The position numbers were made by a program, and so were the translations under genes. The notes under the pieces are model-generated. The model was not told the DNA's origin. It saw nothing but the letters and a program-made list of their open reading frames with translations, and searched no databases. This document shows positions 17,956-25,238 of a DNA stretch of 59,641 nucleotides, in pieces. Origin of the DNA: Acidobacteriota bacterium (lineage in GTDB: Bacteria > Acidobacteriota > Thermoanaerobaculia > Thermoanaerobaculales > Sulfomarinibacteraceae). The stretch lies in assembly GCA_013152895.1 (NCBI GenBank), contig JAADFN010000104.1, positions 1 through 59,641 on the forward strand, in the 5' to 3' direction. How positions within the stretch are numbered: the first letter of the stretch is position 1; each line of letters starts with the position of its first letter.

Positions 17956-19550
17956 GAGACTACCTCCCCGTCGATCTGCGGCGGTTTGGGCGGAAATGTC
18001 AGGATGAACCGGCAGCCCTGGCCAGGCGCCGTGTCGAGGTCAATATGCCCCCCGTGCCGTTGCACGATTCCGAAGACCACCGAGAGGCCGAGACCGACGC
18101 CCGAGCCCTCCTCCTTGGTCGTGAAGAATGGCTCGAAAGCGTGCGCCACCACCTCTGGCGGCATTCCCGGGCCGTTGTCGGCGACCTCGACAACAACGCC
18201 CCCGTCCTTGGACCGTCGCGTCGCCAGGCGAACGATACCACCCTCTTCGAGCGCCTGGGCGGCGTTGAGCAACAGCGCCATCAGCGCCTGCTGGATCTGA
18301 GCGGAGTCGGCGACAATCATCGGCAGACCATCCGCAAGCTCCGTCGTGGCTTCAACGTTGTTGAGCTCGAGCTTGTGGTGGACCAGGAAGAGGGCTTTTT
18401 CGACAACGCGGTTGATATCGGTGGGGCCAAACTCCCCGCCGCGCCGCCTGGAAAATGCGAGGAGCTGGGAGACGATCTCCCCGCAGCGCGTCGCCTCGGA
18501 GGCGATCGACTCGAGGTATTCCAGGTTCTGCTTGCACTCCTCGGTCAGCTCGTGGGTTCGGAAGCGGCGGACGAGGATCTTCGCGTAGGTGACGACGCTG
18601 GATAGCGGGTTGTTGATCTCGTGGGCGACGACGGCTGCGAGCTTGCCGAGAGAGGCCATCTTCTCCACCTGGAGAATCTGGTCCTGTGCATGTCTGAGCT
18701 CGGCCGTCTTTTGTTGCACCCGCTCCTCCAGGGTTTGCGCCCATTCGAGAAGCTCGCCACGGGCGGCTTCCAGGTCGCGGGCCATGCGGTTGAAGTTCCG
18801 GGCCAGCACCCCGATCTCGTCGTCGGTGACCTCGGGCGCACGTACGGAGAGATCGCCGGCGGCAATCTGCTGGACCTGTTGAATCAGGTTATGCACGGGT
18901 CGATGGACCATGCGTCGCACGGCGGCCACCGTGATGCCAACCACCAGGAGGATACCGAAGAGGCTCGCCAGCAGCAGCTCCGCAGCGCTGGCGCGGCGGG
19001 CACGGTCGTACGGGGCAAGCACCATGTTGACGTCGAGCACGCCGAGCAGCTTGTTCCCCGCGCTGTGAACATGGCAGGAGGCGTTTGCACAATCACTCTC
19101 GTTCCGGATCGTCTTCGTGATGCTCAGGATACGTCCCCGGTTCCGCGAAAGAATCCGGGCCTGGGCCTCCGCGGGCATCTTGTGCGAAGAGGCGCCAGGT
19201 TGATGGCACGAGAGGCACTGCTGCGAATGAAGATCGAGCGTCGTGCCGATCTCCGACTTCTTCGTCGAGTACGCGATCTTGCCACCCTTTTCGATAATCC
19301 GGATCCGTTCAATGCCCCGTTGGCTGGCGAGCGTATCGATCGTGGCCTGGATCTGCTCGCGGTCGTTGTGAAGCATCGCTTCGCGGGTCGCACGTGCGAC
19401 GAGGTCGGCGATCTGGGCGCCGTTCAACCGCAGGATCCGGGTCGTCGCCCGCTCCTGGATCTGGAGGTTGAGCCATGCCGCCGTCCCGAAAACAACGACC
19501 AGAGCGCATGTGATCAGCAACGTCAATTTGCCGGCTACGCTATGTTTCAT
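17952..19550 (-). CDS. Sensor histidine kinase (2 TM, periplasmic domain with c-type haem motifs, HAMP, HisKA, HATPase)
   Basis: The TM helices span about aa 9-27 and 190-212. The periplasmic domain contains CLSCH (aa 112-116) and CANASCH (CX4CH, aa 154-160). The H-box is VVAHEINNPL, and the ATP-binding domain carries the G-boxes DNGPGM and GSGVGLGLS. Confidence 0.9.
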   Translation of the reverse strand: MKHSVAGKLTLLITCALVVVFGTAAWLNLQIQERATTRILRLNGAQIADLVARATREAMLHNDREQIQATIDTLASQRGIERIRIIEKGGKIAYSTKKSEIGTTLDLHSQQCLSCHQPGASSHKMPAEAQARILSRNRGRILSITKTIRNESDCANASCHVHSAGNKLLGVLDVNMVLAPYDRARRASAAELLLASLFGILLVVGITVAAVRRMVHRPVHNLIQQVQQIAAGDLSVRAPEVTDDEIGVLARNFNRMARDLEAARGELLEWAQTLEERVQQKTAELRHAQDQILQVEKMASLGKLAAVVAHEINNPLSSVVTYAKILVRRFRTHELTEECKQNLEYLESIASEATRCGEIVSQLLAFSRRRGGEFGPTDINRVVEKALFLVHHKLELNNVEATTELADGLPMIVADSAQIQQALMALLLNAAQALEEGGIVRLATRRSKDGGVVVEVADNGPGMPPEVVAHAFEPFFTTKEEGSGVGLGLSVVFGIVQRHGGHIDLDTAPGQGCRFILTFPPKPPQIDGEVVS

Positions 19551-19579
19551 GGCTCTTCCCCTGTACCTCGGACCCTATC

Positions 19580-20746
19580 TTATTTCAGGAGCTCCACGTA
19601 TGGATCGGCAGGCTTCGGATGCTCTATCGGGCCCTCGGGGAAGACCGGCAGGTACCGGACGGCCAACCCGAAAAGACCCATGCCGATGGCGATGACGCCG
19701 ATCGAGATAACGAACTCTGACCAGAGCGGGTGGTAGCTGACGCCCGTTCCAAGCTGAAAGGCGGTCGTGGAAACGTTCATCCGGTCGAAGACCATCCCCA
19801 GAACGACCATGAACTGCGCGCCGGCAAGAACCAGCGGCTTGTGGCGCAACCGCTCGCTCATGAGGATGATCATGGGCACGATCATCAGGAGCCCGACCTC
19901 GACCCAGAAGAAGAGTGCGCCAAGATCGAACCTGAACGCGTACTTGAGCGAGTGCCGGACGACCAGGTCTTCAAACCGTATGACAAGGTAGAACAACAGC
20001 ACGAACGCCGTGGCCTTGCCGAGATCGACCAGGATCTCCGGCTCGAGTCTCTTGCCAAAGGCGCGGAAGGAGAGGAACGACTCGACGTTGACCATGGCCA
20101 GACCGAGGGCGATCGCAGAAATGAAGAAGAGATACGGAAGAATGGGTGAGTACCACAGCGGGTGCAGCTTCTCGGGGACGATGACGTAGAGCGTTCCAAG
20201 CGACGACTGGTGCATGGTGGACAGCAGCACGCCAAGAATGCAGAGAACGGGAGTGAGATACCGGTGCCACCAGTGGACCGTGTGTTTCTTCCCGAGCCGT
20301 TCCAAGACCAGGGGCAGAAACTCCAAGAAGAGCACCGTGGTGTACAGCATGACGCACCAGGCGAGCTCGAACATGGCCGAATGATCGTTCCACATGATCA
20401 GCGGGTGCCAGACGTTCCAGGGACGGCCAAGATCGACCAGCAGCGCCATGACGACCATCAGGTAGCCGAGGAACGCGGTCAACACGGTGGAACGGACGAT
20501 GGGCCTGAACTTTTCGAGGTGGAAGATATAGACGATGGCCGTGATCGTGAAACCACCCGCCGCCAGGGCGACTCCCGACATCACGTCGAACCCGATCCAG
20601 AGCCCCCACGGCATGAGGTCCTTCAAGTTGGAGACGGCTCCGAGCCCCCCTGTGAAACGTCTGATGAACACGAGGGCAAACAAGGCCAAGATGACGACGT
20701 ACACGGCTCTCCAGAACGTAAGCCGCGGAACCTTGAGACTACTCAT
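19580..20746 (-). CDS. NrfD/PsrC/HybB family polytopic quinone-interacting membrane subunit
   Basis: This 388-aa protein has about 10 TM helices. The N-terminus (FWRAVYVVILALFALVFIRRFTGGLGAVSNLKDLMPWGLWIGFDVMSGVALAAGGF) is typical of NrfD-family subunits. Its start overlaps the FeS gene stop by 8 nt. Confidence 0.85.
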   Translation of the reverse strand: MSSLKVPRLTFWRAVYVVILALFALVFIRRFTGGLGAVSNLKDLMPWGLWIGFDVMSGVALAAGGFTITAIVYIFHLEKFRPIVRSTVLTAFLGYLMVVMALLVDLGRPWNVWHPLIMWNDHSAMFELAWCVMLYTTVLFLEFLPLVLERLGKKHTVHWWHRYLTPVLCILGVLLSTMHQSSLGTLYVIVPEKLHPLWYSPILPYLFFISAIALGLAMVNVESFLSFRAFGKRLEPEILVDLGKATAFVLLFYLVIRFEDLVVRHSLKYAFRFDLGALFFWVEVGLLMIVPMIILMSERLRHKPLVLAGAQFMVVLGMVFDRMNVSTTAFQLGTGVSYHPLWSEFVISIGVIAIGMGLFGLAVRYLPVFPEGPIEHPKPADPYVELLK

Positions 20747-21524
20747 GATCGTCCTCCGTCGTGTGGTGCTCCGTCGTGTGGTCCTCCGTCGTGTGGTGCT
20801 CGACCTCGGCGACCTTATTCTTTCGCGCGGTGAGCCACATCATGCCGCCGAGGAAGGTTGCCCAGGGAACGATGATCTCTGGAAGCTTCCCGAGAACGTT
20901 CCACGTCAGCATGGGCATGTCGTGCTTGGGAAGGTTCGCCGGCAGGTGATCCTGGATGGGGGTCCTCGTGAGGAGCATCAAGACGCTGGTACCACCAACC
21001 TCTTTTTCTCCAAAGACCTCGGGGTAGTACCTGTGCGGATGTTCCTTGAGCCTGCGGTGCGCCTCGGCCAGCATGTCTTCCCGCCGTCCGAACGTCGTTG
21101 CGCCCGTCGGACAGACGCTGGCGCACGCCGTCGGGAGCCCCTTGGAGACCCGATGGATACACATGTCGCACTTGCGGATCCGCGGGTTCACCGAGTGCCA
21201 CTCGTATTTCGGAATCTCGAACGGGCACGCCATCATGCAGTAACGGCAGCCGATGCACCGGGTGTGATCCCACGTGACCGGTCCGAGCGCATGCTTCTGG
21301 AGCGCCCCAACCGGACACACGGACGCGCAGGTCGGATCTTCACAGTTCATGCAGAAATGCCGCATGTACGTGCCCTTGCCGAGATCCTGCACCCAGTTGA
21401 ACGAGTTGGCATCGAGCCGCGTCGGCTTGTGCGGCCTCTGGCCGTGCTCCGCCTGGCATGCCTGTTCGCAGGCGCCGCAGCCGATGCACTTGCTTTGATC
21501 GTAAAGAACTGCGAAGACCGACAT
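20739..21524 (-). CDS. 4x[4Fe-4S] ferredoxin-type subunit (NrfC/HybA/DmsB family) with a C-terminal TM anchor and His/Thr/Glu repeat tail
   Basis: There are four Cys clusters: CIGCGACEQAC, CMNCEDPTCASVCP, CIGCRYCMMACP and CDMC...CASVCP. The N-terminus (MSVFAVLYDQSKC) has no twin-arginine signal. The C-terminal helix is IIVPWATFLGGMMWL and the tail is HHTTEDHTTEHHTTEDDHE. Confidence 0.88.
   Translation of the reverse strand: MSVFAVLYDQSKCIGCGACEQACQAEHGQRPHKPTRLDANSFNWVQDLGKGTYMRHFCMNCEDPTCASVCPVGALQKHALGPVTWDHTRCIGCRYCMMACPFEIPKYEWHSVNPRIRKCDMCIHRVSKGLPTACASVCPTGATTFGRREDMLAEAHRRLKEHPHRYYPEVFGEKEVGGTSVLMLLTRTPIQDHLPANLPKHDMPMLTWNVLGKLPEIIVPWATFLGGMMWLTARKNKVAEVEHHTTEDHTTEHHTTEDDHE
20754..20798. 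repeat. 15-bp tandem repeat x3 inside the FeS gene 3' end
   Basis: CTCCGTCGTGTGGT(G/C) occurs three times in tandem. On the minus strand it encodes the HHTTE/DHTTE/HHTTE pentapeptide repeats. Confidence 0.85.
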
Positions 21525-21573
21525 GGACCCCCCTTTCTCTCCGGCGTGCTGACGCCACGCCCAGACCGCCTCC

Positions 21574-21589
21574 TGCAGATATTGTACCA
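21574..21589 (-). promoter_or_regulatory. Sigma-54 (RpoN) -24/-12 promoter candidate for the FeS/NrfD/kinase/regulator operon
   Basis: The minus strand reads TGGTAC-AATAT-CTGCA, with GG and GC at consensus spacing and two flanking mismatches to TGGCAC-N5-TTGCA. It lies 50-65 nt upstream of the FeS ATG at 21524. Confidence 0.45.
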
Positions 21590-21969
21590 GATTTCACAAG
21601 GATGAAAACCTCTTCTATCTCAACACCTTCAACGATGCCCCCTCACTCGGACGATGAATTTCGCCACAGTGCTTGTGCAGGACCGCCACATCGATTATCG
21701 CTAATATACTGAAATTACGATGTTTGTATGTGATGAAAATGTCAACTGTTGAAGGTGTCGAAATCTTACACTCCCGGAGCCGCACCGAGACCAACGAGGA
21801 AAGTCCACGGATGGGAACTTTCAGGTTAATCTTACGTACTGTGACAGGAGGGACCCAGCCGCAATCGCGGGGAACCGCGGCACGATGCGAGGTTGGGGCG
21901 CCGGAGTGGGTGGTGCCGATATAATCGGTGTATCGCAACGGCGCGAGCGATCGGACAGGAGGAGCCACG

Positions 21970-22884
21970 TTGGATGTCATTCTGAGCCTGGAAGGTTTGA
22001 CGAAACGGTACGGGGATCACGTCGCGGTGGAGGGGCTGTCATTCGACGTCCCGCGCGGCTCGATCTTCGGACTGCTCGGTCCCAACGGGGCCGGCAAGAC
22101 GACAACGATCCGCATGGTCATGCGGATCATCCTGCCCGACGCCGGCCAGGTCTTTCTCGACGGCGAGCCGGTGGACGACGACCGGAGACGGTTGATCGGG
22201 TACCTCCCGGAGGAACGCGGGCTCTACAGGAAGATGAAGGTCCTGGAGCATCTCGTGTTCCTGGGGACGACCCGGGGCCTGCCATCGAACGAGGCGCGAA
22301 AGCGCGCATCGGCGTGGCTGGAGCGGTTCGAGCTCGGCGAATGGGCGGATCACAAGGTCGAGGATCTTTCCAAGGGGATGCAGCAGAAGGTGCAGTTCAT
22401 CGGAACGATCCTTCACCGCCCGCGCCTCCTCATCCTCGACGAGCCGTTTTCCGGTCTCGACCCGATCAACGCGCGGCAGATCAAGGATCTCCTGATCGCG
22501 ATGCGGGAGGAAGGCGTCACGGTCGTGCTCTCGACCCACGTGCTGCCCCAGGTCGACGAGCTGTGCGACCACATCTGCCTGATCAACCGCGCGCGCCCGA
22601 TTCTCACCGGCGCCCTCGAGGACGTCCGCACGCGGTACGGCGGCAACACCTGGGAGGTGGCCGGGACGTTTGGAGCCGCCGATGTCGGACAGCTCGGCCC
22701 CGTTGCGGCCGTCCACCAGCTCGGGGAACGCATCCTCGCGGAGCTGGCGCCGGACGCCGCGCCGCGGGAGCTCCTCGCCGGCTTGCTGCAGCTCGGAGAC
22801 GTTGAAACGTTCGTCCGTTTCGTCCCTGATCTCGAGAACATCTTCATTCGCGCCGTGGAGGAGGATCGTCAACATGTGGCATAG
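21970..22884 (+). CDS. ABC transporter ATP-binding protein (ABC-2/NatA-like)
   Basis: Walker A is GPNGAGKTT, the signature motif is LSKGMQQK and Walker B is LLILDEP. I chose the TTG at 21970, 7 nt after AGGAGG. The ORF-track GTG at 21928 sits just after a TATAAT hexamer. Confidence 0.88.
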   Translation: MDVILSLEGLTKRYGDHVAVEGLSFDVPRGSIFGLLGPNGAGKTTTIRMVMRIILPDAGQVFLDGEPVDDDRRRLIGYLPEERGLYRKMKVLEHLVFLGTTRGLPSNEARKRASAWLERFELGEWADHKVEDLSKGMQQKVQFIGTILHRPRLLILDEPFSGLDPINARQIKDLLIAMREEGVTVVLSTHVLPQVDELCDHICLINRARPILTGALEDVRTRYGGNTWEVAGTFGAADVGQLGPVAAVHQLGERILAELAPDAAPRELLAGLLQLGDVETFVRFVPDLENIFIRAVEEDRQHVA

Positions 22885-24145
22885 GGTGTACGCCATCATC
22901 CGCCGCGAGTACCTGGAACGTATCCGTACCAAGGCGTTCTGGATCTCGACCATTCTCGTTCCGGTCTTTTTGGGCGCCATGATGATCATCCCGGCATGGC
23001 TGGCTGCCCGCGGGGGCGGCCAGTTCAAGGTGGGGATCGTCGACATGAGCCGCCGCTTCGCCGAACCGGTCAAGGAAGCCGCTGCCAAGCTGCTTGCGGA
23101 AGATCAGGAGAAGCTCCACATCACGTTCGTCGTCGAACCCGTTGGGACAGATCCGCAGGCGGCGCGCGAGGCCGTCAAGCGCCAGGTTCAGCATCACGAG
23201 CTCGATGGGATGCTCGTTCTACCCGCGACCTTGCCAGACGCGGGGAAGCCGGAGTACGTCGCCCCCAACGTCGCGGCGTTCAAGCTGCTATCCGTGCTCG
23301 AACGTGCGGTCAACAACGCGGTCGTCCAGGCCCGCCTGACCGCGGCGGGGCTCAACCCCAGCGTTGTCGGAAAGCTGACCAAACGCGTCGGGCTCAAGGC
23401 GATGAAGCTTGGCGCGGAGGGCAAGGAGACCCGCGACGAGGGCCAGGGCTTCCTGCTGTCGTACGGGTTCATGCTGATCATCTACATCAGCGTGCTGATG
23501 TACGGGATCTACGTCATGCGCGGCGTGCTCGAGGAAAAGACCAACCGGATCGTCGAGGTGATCATCGCCACGGTCAAACCGTTCGAGCTGATGCTCGGCA
23601 AGATTCTCGGCATCGGCGCCGTCGGGCTGACGCAGTTCGTCCTGTGGGGGGTCATGCTCCTCGCGCTGACCGCCCCGGGAGCGGCGGGAATACTGGGATT
23701 GTCCGGCCTCCAGCTTCCGGCCGTCCCGCCACTGTTGATGGTCTTCTTCGTCGTCTTCTTCGTGCTCGGCTTCCTTCTCTACGGCACCCTCTACGCGGGC
23801 ATCGGCGCCGCGTTCGACACCGAGCAGGAGGCCCAGAACTTCCAGGGCGTCATCACGATTTTCCTGATCATTCCACTCGTGCTGATGGTCCAGATCCTCA
23901 ACCAGCCCAACGGGACCCTCTCGGTCGTGCTCTCGCTTATTCCGTTCTTCGCGCCGATGCTGATGTTCCTGCGGATGACCCTCGTTTCCGTCCCCGCCCT
24001 CCAGGTCGCCGCCGCGGTCCTCCTGCTGCTCGCCTCGATCCTCGGCGCCGCCTGGGTCGTCGGCAAGATCTACCGCGTCGGCATCCTGATGCACGGCGCC
24101 AAGCCAAAGCTCCGGGACATCGCCCGTTGGCTGAAAGAAGCCTGA
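22874..24145 (+). CDS. ABC-2 type transporter permease (NatB-like)
   Basis: The ATG at 22874 overlaps the ATPase stop. It has an N-terminal TM helix, a large extracytoplasmic loop and 5-6 C-terminal TM helices (MWHRVYAIIRREYLERIRTKAFWISTILVPVF...). Confidence 0.82.
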   Translation: MWHRVYAIIRREYLERIRTKAFWISTILVPVFLGAMMIIPAWLAARGGGQFKVGIVDMSRRFAEPVKEAAAKLLAEDQEKLHITFVVEPVGTDPQAAREAVKRQVQHHELDGMLVLPATLPDAGKPEYVAPNVAAFKLLSVLERAVNNAVVQARLTAAGLNPSVVGKLTKRVGLKAMKLGAEGKETRDEGQGFLLSYGFMLIIYISVLMYGIYVMRGVLEEKTNRIVEVIIATVKPFELMLGKILGIGAVGLTQFVLWGVMLLALTAPGAAGILGLSGLQLPAVPPLLMVFFVVFFVLGFLLYGTLYAGIGAAFDTEQEAQNFQGVITIFLIIPLVLMVQILNQPNGTLSVVLSLIPFFAPMLMFLRMTLVSVPALQVAAAVLLLLASILGAAWVVGKIYRVGILMHGAKPKLRDIARWLKEA

Positions 24146-24429
24146 CCCGGGTGATTCACCACCGGACGCGTGCGCGTCGCTCGCGACGACCGTTGGTCAT
24201 CGTCCGGGCTCAAGCTGCCGCGCCGTGCACGCGGCCCACGCTGCCGCCGAAGAAGAAGCAACCACGGATTACCTTTTCTCCGCATGTTCGCGGCCCCGAC
24301 CCGGCGGGCGAGACGCCGAGCGCCACGAGAAGAGAGCTCCTCGAACCCGCGTGAGCCACCATCCCGGGCGCGGGGCGTGCCTCCCGGACGGCCGGATCAG
24401 CGCCGTACCAGCGTACAGGTGGGAGGAAG

Positions 24430-24457
24430 TTGACGTCGAGCGGGCCGTTGCTATAAT
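24430..24457 (+). promoter_or_regulatory. Sigma-70-type promoter for tRNA-Gln
   Basis: The sequence reads TTGACG (24430..24435), a 16-nt spacer, then TATAAT (24452..24457), 24 nt upstream of the tRNA 5' end. Confidence 0.5.
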
Positions 24458-24481
24458 GGCGCTCCCCATGCGGGGTCCTGC

Positions 24482-24555
24482 TGGGGAGTCGTCCAATGGC
24501 AGGACATGCGGCTCTGGACCGTAGTATCGGGGTTCGAATCCCTGCTCCCCAGCCA
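24482..24555 (+). tRNA. tRNA-Gln (anticodon CTG)
   Basis: The sequence reads TGGGGAGTCGTCCAATGGCAGGACATGCGGCTCTGGACCGTAG...GGGTTCGAATCCCTGCTCCCCAGCCA. The anticodon loop is CTCTGGA. Confidence 0.93.
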
Positions 24556-24583
24556 CTCGGGCGCCCCGCTCCCGTTTTCCCTC

Positions 24584-25213
24584 TCAGAAGAAGCGCGTGA
24601 CGACCACCGGACCGTGCTCCGCGAGGAGAACGACCGTCCCGCCCTCCGCGACGTTGGAGATCGACGGCCGTGCGGCAACCGACAGATCTGCCTCCCGCAC
24701 CGGCCAGCGGACGCCGTCGAGCGTCACGCGAACCCGTGGATCGAACGACCAGAACGACCACGTCTCTCCGCGGCTGGCCTCGAGCTCGTGCCGGCCCGTC
24801 ACGGCGAAGCTGACGAAACCGTCGCCCCGGAACACCAGCCGCAGCCCGAGGCAGAGCCGCGCGAGCAGCCCAAGATTGCCGGCAGCATGATCGTGCCGGC
24901 CCCCCAGGGCCGCCAGGACGGTCAACCTGTCGAGCTTGAGCCCGTCAAAAGCGAAGGTGAGCGCTTTTTCCAGATCCGTGCGGTCTTGGTCCGGCCGGTG
25001 GACCAGGCGCTCCTCGCCGACCCAGGCGCGTGTGCCGGGCATGATCGAATCGAAGTCGCCGATCACGGCCTGCGGCTTGAGCCCGAGCCGGGCCAGGTGG
25101 TTGGCGCCTCCATCTGCCGCGAGGAGGGGCTCGCCAGCCTCGGCGACGGCGGCAAGCGCACGAGTCCAGCGTAGCGGAGCGTTCGCGACCAGAACGGGAC
25201 CGGCGTCATTCAT
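24584..25213 (-). CDS. Thiamine diphosphokinase
   Basis: The motif GGANHLARLGLKPQAVIGDFDS is followed by a C-terminal thiamine-binding domain. I chose the ATG at 25213; the ORF track uses an upstream GTG at 25228. Confidence 0.8.
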   Translation of the reverse strand: MNDAGPVLVANAPLRWTRALAAVAEAGEPLLAADGGANHLARLGLKPQAVIGDFDSIMPGTRAWVGEERLVHRPDQDRTDLEKALTFAFDGLKLDRLTVLAALGGRHDHAAGNLGLLARLCLGLRLVFRGDGFVSFAVTGRHELEASRGETWSFWSFDPRVRVTLDGVRWPVREADLSVAARPSISNVAEGGTVVLLAEHGPVVVTRFF

Positions 25214-25238
25214 ATCCCGATGGTACACTTCTCATAGA

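Noticed and set aside
21796-21806. GAGGAAAGTCC, identical to the universally conserved CR-I core of RNase P RNA.
   Set aside because: Only about 170 nt separate it from the ABC transporter start. None of the other conserved RNase P regions or GC-rich helices are present on either side. I treat it as a chance 11-mer.
21920-21925. TATAAT as the -10 element of the ABC transporter promoter.
   Set aside because: No acceptable -35 hexamer lies at a 16-18-nt spacing; TTGGGG is 21 nt away. It is plausible but unsupported, so I did not list it as a feature.
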